Positions 8,702 through 15,960 are shown, numbered from the stretch's first letter. The stretch is 25,571 bases of DNA from a virus (IMGVR_UViG_3300001347_000043:1-25571), one strand, 5' to 3'. Numbers and translations are program-made. The notes: generated from the letters alone by a model not told the origin.

Positions 8702-9083
8702 CTTTAATTTCTATATCAGTTACTTCATCGACAGTCTCTGGCTCACTTACGCTGGCTCCTAGACCTGTGATGTTGATCTGTATAGCAGACCTACCACCTT
8801 GCTTAACAACTTCTTGCTCAAAGGCCGACACAGGGATAATCCTATCTACGACCAACTTCCAAGCAGCAGCTTGATTCTTATGTTCGTTATCTAGAGCAGC
8901 ATCAAAGATGGCATCTAAGACCTTCCTTGACTTTGGGCTAGACAACATCCTAGCTTTATATTCGTTAATGATTGCAGCATCACCTTTAGGGCGACCTACA
9001 GCATTACGTTTAGTATTAGCAGACAACTCATTCTTTGGTGGTCTACCAATTTTTCTTTTTATTTCTGACATTAAAGTCTCCAT
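8694..9083 (-). CDS. terS: Probable terminase small subunit
   Basis: Overlaps the terL start; GRPPK/GRPKG DNA-binding motifs; AAWKLVVDR helix; IQINITG tail. Confidence 0.7.
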   Translation of the reverse strand: METLMSEIKRKIGRPPKNELSANTKRNAVGRPKGDAAIINEYKARMLSSPKSRKVLDAIFDAALDNEHKNQAAAWKLVVDRIIPVSAFEQEVVKQGGRSAIQINITGLGASVSEPETVDEVTDIEIKDV

Positions 9084-9214
9084 AGTTATCTTAGGAACTC
9101 CTAAGGCTATACACGAGTATTTATACTTTGGTTAGTGTTTGTTAATAACCAACATAAAGTATCATCACTATGTGGTGTATGGGTTTCTCGTGTTTGTGTC
9201 TCTATATACCTTAT

Positions 9215-9243
9215 ATTATAGCACAAAAATCCTTATTTGTCAA
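9215..9243 (-). promoter_or_regulatory. Sigma-70 promoter for the packaging operon
   Basis: TTGACAaataaggatttttgTGcTATAAT: perfect -35/-10, 17-bp spacer, extended -10. Confidence 0.9.
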
Positions 9244-9300
9244 GTGTTTTCTACTCTGTCCCTAATTAAACCTTAGTTTAGTACCATTTAAACAACAGTT

Positions 9301-9414
9301 TTTCTTTAGAATACATAAGCTTATATTACTTTTAGTATATAGAGGAGTTTCTTTAGTTTCTTTAGGGTCTAAAGGAGACTTAAGGGGCCAATGGAGGACT
9401 TAAGGGGCCAATGG
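9301..9414. repeat. Short direct repeats (TTTCTTTAG x3; GACTTAAGGGGCCAATGG x2, period 20)
   Basis: TTTCTTTAG at 9301, 9348 and 9357; 18-bp repeat at 9377-9394 and 9397-9414. Confidence 0.85.
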
Positions 9415-9522
9415 GATTCCAAATTACCCTTATTTTGTATCTGGGCGGGTACAGCTAAAATACAACATAGGCTGTCCCCTCCCCCGGGGGTCCAAAAGAC
9501 CCTACAGAATACTCAGGAACAC

Positions 9523-9725
9523 ACTACATTGGTACTACATCAGTCTACATCAGTACTACCAATGGTCCAATGGACCCATAGGAGGCCGTAGGAGGCCGTA
9601 GGAGCCATCGGAGGCCATGGGGTAGGGGTAGTCCTAGGGGTAACGTGTGTGTGTCGCAGTGGGACCCCATTAGTCCCCATTGGCCACCATTGGCCACCAT
9701 CAGTACCCATCAGTCACCATCAGTT
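9523..9725. repeat. Three arrays of ~10-bp tandem repeats near the probable genome terminus
   Basis: CTACAT at 9524/9535/9545; TAGGAGGCCG-like units at 9579-9616; CCAT at exact 10-bp intervals 9667-9717 (6 copies). Confidence 0.85.
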
Positions 9726-9766
9726 AGCAGGACCTAGGCAGCACTTAATACCCCTACTGTCACCAG

Positions 9767-9854
9767 TGTCAATATTCCGACAGTAGGTGTCAATAAACCG
9801 TCAATAAGTGTCAAAAAATTGACAGTTTAGGGGCCTAGTGTCAAAATATTGACA
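9767..9854. promoter_or_regulatory. Four phased 16-bp palindromic boxes, probable upstream activator sites
   Basis: TGTCAATATTCCGACA (9767), TGTCAATAAACCGTCA (9788), TGTCAAAAAATTGACA (9809), TGTCAAAATATTGACA (9839); spacing 21, 21 and 30 bp. Confidence 0.75.
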
Positions 9855-9909
9855 GGGTCCAAGGGCCTAAAGTAATACTCAAGTATGCAAAAAGACTATC
9901 TTTAGGAGT

Positions 9910-9925
9910 TGGCATGGGGTTTGCT
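9910..9925 (+). promoter_or_regulatory. Sigma-54 (-24/-12) promoter of the early operon
   Basis: TGGCATGGGGTTTGCT versus consensus TGGCACG-N4-TTGCW: one mismatch, exact GG-N10-GC spacing, 35 bp before the first early ATG. Confidence 0.75.
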
Positions 9926-9960
9926 TAGGTGTTGTCATACAAACCACCAAGGGAGACACC

Positions 9961-10143
9961 ATGGAAATTATCGTAACCATCAAGAGTAACTATGGCACTG
10001 AGACAATCTACCCCTCATGTCTCAAGGGTCACATATTCGCAGAGATGGCAGGCACCAAGACCCTGACCCCGCAGGCCATCAAGCTTATCAAGGCCTTAGG
10101 CTATACTGTGTCAGTCGCAGGTCCTGCAATCAAATCACTGTAA
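9961..10143 (+). CDS. First early gene, small hypothetical protein
   Basis: AAGGGAG RBS; YGTETIYP...AGTKTLT...IKALGY pattern seen in small phage proteins. Confidence 0.8.
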   Translation: MEIIVTIKSNYGTETIYPSCLKGHIFAEMAGTKTLTPQAIKLIKALGYTVSVAGPAIKSL

Positions 10144-10155
10144 AGGATAACCATC

Positions 10156-10851
10156 ATGCAAACTAAACAATTCGGCACCCTTATTGGGTCCTATGGCAAG
10201 GGCATCACAGGCAGTGCCACAGTCAACTTTACGACCAGTGGCGGCAAGCACTGTGATGACTCATGCCCTCTTAAGGGTAACGGGTGCTATGCCATCACAA
10301 CGGAGGCCATGAAACCTTCCATCACGATAAACCTAGAGCGCAAGCAGGAAGGCATCAGTGACTACCTACAGGCACTGGTGACCCCTAAGGCACTGTCCAA
10401 GCTTAAGGCGGCGCCTTGGGTCCGCTTTGCGGCCTTCGGATCTATCCCTGCCCCTCATGAGTTGACCTTAGAGGATTTCGGGAACCTTCGGACCCTTGGA
10501 GCCTCATTGGACCATTCACGGGTCCACTGGCCCACGGAGACCATAGCGAAGGCCGATATGCTTAAGGTCGCAGGGTTCACCCCAAGGGTCTCAGTGGCTA
10601 CCAATGTTCACCATCTGCCCGATGTAATCAAGGCAGGCCATGTAGCATCCTGTGCCGTGAAGGGTGACAAGCTTGCAAGAGGCAAAAACAAGCGGTCCCA
10701 TAGCGCACAGGCCATCACCTTCATGCGGGACCTGAAGGCCCAAGGTATCAACGCCAAGGTGTGTCCTGCTGTCGCAGGGAATGCCAAGTGCGGCGCCTGC
10801 ACTGCCTGTGCGGATAAGGCGGTACAGGTTATCGTTTACCCAATGCACTAA
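10156..10851 (+). CDS. Gp88-like Cys-rich (putative Fe-S) protein
   Basis: CDDSCPLKGNGCYA, VRFAAFGSI and C-terminal CPA...CGACTAC motifs. Confidence 0.65.
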   Translation: MQTKQFGTLIGSYGKGITGSATVNFTTSGGKHCDDSCPLKGNGCYAITTEAMKPSITINLERKQEGISDYLQALVTPKALSKLKAAPWVRFAAFGSIPAPHELTLEDFGNLRTLGASLDHSRVHWPTETIAKADMLKVAGFTPRVSVATNVHHLPDVIKAGHVASCAVKGDKLARGKNKRSHSAQAITFMRDLKAQGINAKVCPAVAGNAKCGACTACADKAVQVIVYPMH

Positions 10852-10863
10852 GGAGCACACACC

Positions 10864-11040
10864 ATGTCATCAAACCAAAAGTTTAGGGTCTACTGTACCC
10901 TTAGAGCCCTATTGATACAGAACCATCACGGCCTACTGTGCGAGAGCCTACAGCAGAACCTTGAGGACCTTATAAAGGCCTTTCCTAAGCTTGCCAATGA
11001 GGCCAGTGAATCAGTTTATTGTCAAATACACGACGTATAA
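10864..11040 (+). CDS. Hypothetical early protein (58 aa)
   Basis: Not in ORF track: MSSNQKFRVYCTLRALL...CQIHDV; AAGGAG RBS. Confidence 0.75.
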   Translation: MSSNQKFRVYCTLRALLIQNHHGLLCESLQQNLEDLIKAFPKLANEASESVYCQIHDV

Positions 11041-11052
11041 GGAGCACACACC

Positions 11053-11286
11053 ATGAAGTACACCAAACCGATTAACATCCAAGGCCTAGGGACCCGTGCC
11101 CTGCGAAGGGTCCAAGTGGGCCAGTGGGTCACAGCAGGCGAAGGCGGCCCCCTTGGGCGCTACCTTGGATGTAAGAAGTCGAGGACCCTCATTGTCGTCG
11201 TAGGGTGGCATGAGAACGCCAAGCGCTACCCCGAAGGTCCTACGGCCTACTGGCAAACCCTGCGCGACTATGCACTAGGAGAATGA
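11053..11286 (+). CDS. Hypothetical early protein
   Basis: AAGGAG RBS; tightly packed in the operon. Confidence 0.75.
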   Translation: MKYTKPINIQGLGTRALRRVQVGQWVTAGEGGPLGRYLGCKKSRTLIVVVGWHENAKRYPEGPTAYWQTLRDYALGE

Positions 11287-11290
11287 ACCA

Positions 11291-11680
11291 ATGAAAGTCT
11301 ACGTATATTTTAACCTCCATAAACGATGCTTCAGTGTCAAGGCACTGGAAGGGCAGGCCAAGGGCCTAGTGATTGCCTATGCCAACGATGTGGTGCTATT
11401 TGACCCTGTGTTCAAGGTCTCGAAGGCAGGCAGGGAGAGGGTCCTACGTGAACGGAAAAAGAATGTCCATGCAGGCGTTGTCGGTGACTGGGACCCTGCA
11501 CAGTACAAGCCTGCGCGTACGGTAGAACTATGGGCCACTGGTGGGCGTGAAGTCACTTACAACCCGTACAAATACGAACAGTTCGTGTACAGGAACACGG
11601 AGACGCCAGTAGACAATCAACCGCGCTATGCAGGGTTGCACAGTGACGGCACACGTGCCACAATGTGGGCCTTGAAGTAA
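11291..11680 (+). CDS. Conserved phage hypothetical protein
   Basis: VYFNLHK..FSVK, GRERVLRERKKNVHA and VTYNPYK motifs recur in phage early regions; AGGAG RBS. Confidence 0.85.
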   Translation: MKVYVYFNLHKRCFSVKALEGQAKGLVIAYANDVVLFDPVFKVSKAGRERVLRERKKNVHAGVVGDWDPAQYKPARTVELWATGGREVTYNPYKYEQFVYRNTETPVDNQPRYAGLHSDGTRATMWALK

Positions 11681-11698
11681 CCAAAGGAGAATGAACCA

Positions 11699-11896
11699 AT
11701 GACCAAAAACGAAACCCGAGCACTGATTGAGATGTGCATGACTGCACTTGAGAATGTGGCCTCCGAGGCCGTGATTAAGCATGAGCGAGGCCTGACCAGT
11801 GAAGAGCTAGACCGATTCTATGGGTTCCTGTGCGAACAGCAACAGGGTCTTGCAGGCCACCATCCTGATTTTAAATTCACACGGGGGGACCAATGA
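11699..11896 (+). CDS. Hypothetical early protein
   Basis: AAGGAG RBS; ATGA overlap with the next gene. Confidence 0.75.
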   Translation: MTKNETRALIEMCMTALENVASEAVIKHERGLTSEELDRFYGFLCEQQQGLAGHHPDFKFTRGDQ

Positions 11897-12285
11897 CCCC
11901 TATAGAACACGCCATCATGACCCGTATGGAGATGAACGAGACAAACGATTGCTCAGTGCTCGCCCTCGCCATGGCCTGCCGTATTGACTACCACCTGTCC
12001 CATGTAGCCTTAAAGATGGCAGGCAGGAAGAACAGGCAGGGGGTCTTCCCCGAGCATATTAAGAAGGCCACGGAGAACCTAGGTTTTACACTAGGTCCTG
12101 TGATCAGGCCAAAGCAGGCCAACGGGTCCAAGTACACGCCGAGGACCATAGCAGAACAGTTCCCCGCAGGCCGCTATTTAGCGTTCAGCAGGGGTCATGT
12201 GTTCGCACTGGTCGATGGTGAGGTCAGGGACTGGCACAAAGGCCGCAGGTATCATATAATCAAGGTTCAAGAAATTAAGGAGTAA
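11893..12285 (+). CDS. Putative papain-fold (C39-like) Cys-His-Asp protein
   Basis: NDCSVLALA nucleophile helix and GHVFALVDG...D strand; function is inferred. Confidence 0.5.
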   Translation: MTPIEHAIMTRMEMNETNDCSVLALAMACRIDYHLSHVALKMAGRKNRQGVFPEHIKKATENLGFTLGPVIRPKQANGSKYTPRTIAEQFPAGRYLAFSRGHVFALVDGEVRDWHKGRRYHIIKVQEIKE

Positions 12286-12290
12286 CCATC

Positions 12291-12503
12291 ATGACAATTT
12301 TAGACACACCCGAGCAGATCAACGCTTACCGTCTCGCAACCCTACGCACTGGCCTACGGTCCGAGATCAGAGGCCTACGCATGACCAGAGGCCGTACGTG
12401 CTACGCCATCCTCAAGGACATGGGGTACAAGGGTTCCCGTGCGAAGGTACTGGAGCAGGTCACTGCTGACGTAGAGGCACTGAAGGAGGCCATAACAGCA
12501 TGA
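12291..12503 (+). CDS. Hypothetical early protein
   Basis: AAGGAG RBS; ATGA-coupled to the next gene. Confidence 0.75.
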   Translation: MTILDTPEQINAYRLATLRTGLRSEIRGLRMTRGRTCYAILKDMGYKGSRAKVLEQVTADVEALKEAITA

Positions 12504-12709
12504 TAGAATCACCACGCACCTACTACATATCAACACGTACAAGTGCGGGGTGGCATCGACTGCACCCTGAGAACTATCCCTCACTAGAGACCGCTACACT
12601 GGGCCTAGAGAGACACTTGGACAGTATGTTTTTTGAGCACGGGGAGATGCTCCCTAGTGGAATTTTTCGCATCGTACGGTGCAAACCAAGGAAGGTAAAA
12701 CAAGCATGA
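12500..12709 (+). CDS. Hypothetical early protein
   Basis: AGGAGG RBS; coupled on both sides. Confidence 0.7.
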   Translation: MIESPRTYYISTRTSAGWHRLHPENYPSLETATLGLERHLDSMFFEHGEMLPSGIFRIVRCKPRKVKQA

Positions 12710-12774
12710 TCATCATAGGCCTAGCCCTCTTCGTTTTTGTCGCCATGGTATGGGCGGCATGGAACAACCCCTAA
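12706..12774 (+). CDS. 22-aa hydrophobic membrane peptide
   Basis: MIIIGLALFVFVAMVWAAWNNP; ATGA overlap; AAGGAAGG upstream. Confidence 0.55.
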   Translation: MIIIGLALFVFVAMVWAAWNNP

Positions 12775-12793
12775 ACCATAAGGAATATTTACA

Positions 12794-12919
12794 ATGTTTG
12801 AACTACTCATGAAGGCCCTGATGGTTGCATCAGGTGTAGCTATCTTCTTCGCCCTAGGTGCTCTGTTCGCTGACTACCTAGAGTCTGTCTCTTACCGTAA
12901 ACGCAACAAAGGAAAGTAA
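12794..12919 (+). CDS. 41-aa single-pass membrane peptide
   Basis: MFELLMKALMVASGVAIFFALGALFADYLESVSYRKRNKGK; TAAGGA RBS; basic tail. Confidence 0.65.
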   Translation: MFELLMKALMVASGVAIFFALGALFADYLESVSYRKRNKGK

Positions 12920-12922
12920 ACT

Positions 12923-13168
12923 ATGGAACTATTCAAAATATCCAAGCTGACGGGTATGCCACACGTCATGACCATACCGCTGACTGAGCAGGCCTACGGC
13001 TACCTGTACAACCAGTGGAAGAACGAAAACCGCCTGATACAGGATGTGTTCTGTATGCTGAACGAGGACGAACGCGAGTTCATCATGAACGGCATTACGC
13101 CTGAGGAGTGGAAGGCCACATGGATGGCATACGACGATTATCAACAAGAGGAGAAGGACAATGCATAG
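12923..13168 (+). CDS. Conserved phage hypothetical protein
   Basis: LIQDVF..LNEDEREFIMNGITPEEW motif; AAGGA RBS. Confidence 0.8.
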   Translation: MELFKISKLTGMPHVMTIPLTEQAYGYLYNQWKNENRLIQDVFCMLNEDEREFIMNGITPEEWKATWMAYDDYQQEEKDNA

Positions 13169-13361
13169 CGACGAGCTACTGGAGGTAGTACTGGACCAGA
13201 TACAGCAGGACATCAAGGACGGTGATGTAACGTCACTGTTCGATATGCTAGAGTACATAGACCACGATACACTGGTGGGTTTTCTGTCCTACAGCCGCCT
13301 TGACAGTGCCCTTGAGCAGGGGTTAATAACAGGAGAAGAACATAATGAACAAGTTGTATGA
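13161..13361 (+). CDS. Acidic hypothetical protein
   Basis: GAGGAG/AAGGA upstream; overlaps both neighbours. Confidence 0.7.
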   Translation: MHSDELLEVVLDQIQQDIKDGDVTSLFDMLEYIDHDTLVGFLSYSRLDSALEQGLITGEEHNEQVV

Positions 13362-13632
13362 TCAAGTCGAGGAGCTATTGGACGAACACCATGAGGCTGA
13401 AATAGGCCGTTTGTTAGGCATCCCTGACAAGGACGCCAAGCTGATAGTCAGGGGTCTCCGCAGTCACCTCAATGACTGGAGGCCAGAACAGGTCGCCGGA
13501 GACGTGTGGGCCATCTTCAGCGAGAGTTACAGCGCTGAGTACATAGACGCCGAGGGCCACTATCAAGGCTTTGACACCAAGGGAGAGGCATTAGAGTACA
13601 TAACAAAGGAAAAGATCAATGAGCACAGCTAG
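13345..13632 (+). CDS. Acidic hypothetical protein
   Basis: AGGAG RBS; overlaps the thyX start. Confidence 0.7.
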   Translation: MNKLYDQVEELLDEHHEAEIGRLLGIPDKDAKLIVRGLRSHLNDWRPEQVAGDVWAIFSESYSAEYIDAEGHYQGFDTKGEALEYITKEKINEHS

Positions 13633-14248
13633 TCTAGTATGGGCCACACCAGACGCAGAGGATGTAATCGCCTACTGTGCCCGTGTGTCTAACCCTGACA
13701 ACCAGAACAACGTCAAGACTGCCTCACGGCTTCTTAAGTACCTGAGGGACCATAAGCACTGGTCACCTTTCGAGATGGCCTCTGTGTGCATGGAGATCAA
13801 CACCACGAGGGACATTGCACGTCAAGTGCTCAGGCACAGGTCCTTCAGTTTTCAGGAGTTTAGCCAACGGTACGCTGAGAACCTAGGGTTCGAGGAACCT
13901 ACAGCACCACGCCTACAGGACCACAAGAACCGACAGGCCAGTATTGAGGTTGATGATGAGTACTTGGACCAGTGGTGGAAGAGCGTACAGGTTCGTATGG
14001 CAGGAGAATCAGAGTTCCTGTACAAGCAGGCACTGGACCGAGGGATAGCTAAGGAGGTGGCACGTAAGCTACTTCCTGAAGGTCTCACACAGTCTCGGCT
14101 GTACATGGCAGGCACTATGCGCTCATGGTTGCACTTCATTGAGGTACGTACAGGCCCTGAGACCCAGAAGGAACACAGGGACCTTGCAAACCAATGCCTT
14201 ACTGTGTTACAATCGGTATCTCCTGCAATCTTTGGAGAACCATCATGA
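13619..14248 (+). CDS. thyX: FAD-dependent thymidylate synthase
   Basis: HWSPFE, RHRSFSFQEFSQRY (RHR-x7-SxR ThyX motif), EVARKLLP, TQKEHR. Confidence 0.97.
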   Translation: MSTASLVWATPDAEDVIAYCARVSNPDNQNNVKTASRLLKYLRDHKHWSPFEMASVCMEINTTRDIARQVLRHRSFSFQEFSQRYAENLGFEEPTAPRLQDHKNRQASIEVDDEYLDQWWKSVQVRMAGESEFLYKQALDRGIAKEVARKLLPEGLTQSRLYMAGTMRSWLHFIEVRTGPETQKEHRDLANQCLTVLQSVSPAIFGEPS

Positions 14249-14379
14249 CAGTAATAGAATGGGCCGCAGTCACCATGATCACGTTGTTCGGTGCCTTTGT
14301 AGGTGCCGCCTTTGGAGCGTGGTACATCATTGGCTTTTCGTTACTCCATTGTCCTAAAAACATCCCATCACTACTATGA
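14245..14379 (+). CDS. Small membrane protein (44 aa)
   Basis: Start at ATG 14245 (GGAG RBS, ATGA overlap); hydrophobic segment. Confidence 0.6.
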   Translation: MTVIEWAAVTMITLFGAFVGAAFGAWYIIGFSLLHCPKNIPSLL

Positions 14380-14585
14380 ACGATTACAAATTTGTTGAGA
14401 TGGTGTACGAAGACGGCGGTCCTTGCATGGACTGTATGCACAAGTACATCGAAGAAGAGACCTATCCCTATGGAGAAGGCACAGTGACCCAGAACTTCAG
14501 GGGTTGCCTAGTGCTAGACACAGGGTTCGGAGTATGTGATACTGCACAGAAATGGAAGGAGAGTGAGAATGGAGAAGATCTTTGA
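14376..14585 (+). CDS. Small Cys-containing hypothetical protein
   Basis: CMDC...PYGEG...C..C; ATGA overlap. Confidence 0.7.
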   Translation: MNDYKFVEMVYEDGGPCMDCMHKYIEEETYPYGEGTVTQNFRGCLVLDTGFGVCDTAQKWKESENGEDL

Positions 14586-15021
14586 GCCGTTTATTGGACC
14601 CAACGGTTGGTACTGCCACTATGAGGGCCACGTAGGTGTGGGTCTCACTAAGCAGGAAGCAGAACGTGAAGCAGTAAACAAATACGACATAGCAATGGAG
14701 AAACACTATATGGGCAAGATGAAGAACCAAGTGACAGCAGAGATGGAGATTACAGGCAACGACATTCATGAGGTCCTTGAGGCCCGTGGGAGACGCTACG
14801 GTGAGTACCATATGGTCGCTCAGTTATCACAGGCCCTTAAGGAGGCACTACAGGTGTCACCAAGCTGGGTTCACATGGAACCTCATCAGCAGGAGTCTCT
14901 GGAGATGATCTGCAATAAAGTGTCTCGTATTTGCAACGGTGATCCGTTCTACGTAGACTCATGGCGTGACATAGCAGGCTATGCACAACTGGTGGTCAAC
15001 GAACTGGAGAAGAGCCAATGA
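14569..15021 (+). CDS. DUF6378-like protein
   Basis: RGRRYG...KVSRICNGDPFYVDSWRDIAGYA motif; start set at MEKIF after AAGGAG. Confidence 0.75.
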   Translation: MEKIFEPFIGPNGWYCHYEGHVGVGLTKQEAEREAVNKYDIAMEKHYMGKMKNQVTAEMEITGNDIHEVLEARGRRYGEYHMVAQLSQALKEALQVSPSWVHMEPHQQESLEMICNKVSRICNGDPFYVDSWRDIAGYAQLVVNELEKSQ

Positions 15022-15194
15022 CTAGAGAAGAATTACGTCAGGAACTAATGAAGGACACCACGGAGTACTGCTGTTACTGTGGTGGTGAAAAAACAACATT
15101 CCAATGCTGTAGGGAAAACCACTTTGAGACCTTCGCTCAGATGGAGGCCTACGCACAGGAGGACTTTTTAGACTACGAAATGGATAACCAATGA
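15018..15194 (+). CDS. Small Zn-binding hypothetical protein (58 aa)
   Basis: Not in ORF track: YCCYCGG...QCCRENHF; GGAG RBS; ATGA overlaps on both ends. Confidence 0.7.
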   Translation: MTREELRQELMKDTTEYCCYCGGEKTTFQCCRENHFETFAQMEAYAQEDFLDYEMDNQ

Positions 15195-15334
15195 ACCTAG
15201 AGAAGTACGGATATAGTAGTATAACTGGAGTCTGTTTTAATCCTTTTGGTGTAAAACCCAGAGAGATTCAAGAGGCGGCGGCTAAACTAAGGCATCATAT
15301 TCTTGTTGACTATACAGAGGAGGCGTTGTTTTGA
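15191..15334 (+). CDS. Hypothetical protein (47 aa)
   Basis: MNLEKYGYSSITGVCFNPFG...EEALF; 4-nt overlaps on both ends. Confidence 0.6.
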   Translation: MNLEKYGYSSITGVCFNPFGVKPREIQEAAAKLRHHILVDYTEEALF

Positions 15335-15528
15335 CTGAAATGCAATTAAGTGATGTGCCTGACAACGCACGGTTTGAGCTAACAGAGGATCTACCTAGCG
15401 ATTACTATAAAGTAGGTAATTTGTATACAATGTTGTACAAAGAGCTTCCCTATGTTGTTTGTATGGATGCTCAGGGTAACCTACACAAGATAACGGCACG
15501 ATTAAAAGTGGTTTTAGTGGACGAATAA
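15331..15528 (+). CDS. Hypothetical protein
   Basis: TTG start after GAGGAGG. Confidence 0.65.
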   Translation: MTEMQLSDVPDNARFELTEDLPSDYYKVGNLYTMLYKELPYVVCMDAQGNLHKITARLKVVLVDE

Positions 15529-15540
15529 GGAGAAGAACAC

Positions 15541-15690
15541 ATGAAGAAGATGTCACTGACACAGGCATATCACCTGATCGCCATGTACAAGATATGGCCT
15601 GCTGCACAACTGACAACCGATCAACTGACTGAACTAGTGGAGGCATACAAGACGATAAAACAAGACAGAGAATCAAAACAGACCCCTTAG
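15541..15690 (+). CDS. Hypothetical protein (49 aa)
   Basis: AAGGAG RBS; MKKMSLTQAYHLIAMYKIWP...KQTP. Confidence 0.65.
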   Translation: MKKMSLTQAYHLIAMYKIWPAAQLTTDQLTELVEAYKTIKQDRESKQTP

Positions 15691-15760
15691 GTATACCTAG
15701 GTATAGGTAGACCCCTAAAAACGCAACAGAGGCCGTTCTGAGGCCTTTTAGGAGGACTTT

Positions 15761-15922
15761 ATGAGATGTGTGGCTTGCAACAAAGCACTGAGTGACAAAG
15801 AATCGACGTTTAAGAACCTGCAAGGAGACTACATGGATATGTGTTTCGACTGCTTACCTTATGTTTTTGACTCTTTTGAAGGTGATAACGAAGAAGATGT
15901 TGACAAGGAGGAAAAACCATGA
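15761..15922 (+). CDS. Small zinc-finger protein (53 aa)
   Basis: MRCVACNKALSD...DMCFDC (CxxC...CxxC) with an acidic tail; AGGAGG RBS. Confidence 0.75.
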   Translation: MRCVACNKALSDKESTFKNLQGDYMDMCFDCLPYVFDSFEGDNEEDVDKEEKP

Positions 15923-15928
15923 TACAAT
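15900..15928 (+). promoter_or_regulatory. Sigma-70 promoter for the replication operon
   Basis: TTGACAaggaggaaaaaccaTGaTACAAT, 17-bp spacer, extended -10. Confidence 0.85.
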
Positions 15929-15960
15929 AGATACATAAGGTAGCTAAAGGGATAATCATT

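Noticed and set aside
9391-9591. 66-aa ORF in the intergenic region
   Set aside because: It is built from repeats, starts within a direct repeat, has low-complexity translation and lies upstream of the early promoter.
9523-9725. Possible CRISPR or mini-array
   Set aside because: Units are ~10 bp tandem repeats with no unique spacers. The Cas4-like gene is a stand-alone phage exonuclease.
9819-9880. TTGACA half-sites as sigma-70 -35 elements
   Set aside because: Hexamers 16-18 bp downstream (CAAAAT, GTAATA, TAATAC) are poor compared with the phage's other near-perfect promoters. Disfavoured but not excluded.
9961-13600. Apparent excess of AGGCC/GGCC in early genes
   Set aside because: It can be explained by AAG/GAG/CAG-GCC codon pairs, and enrichment cannot be established without a codon-controlled count.
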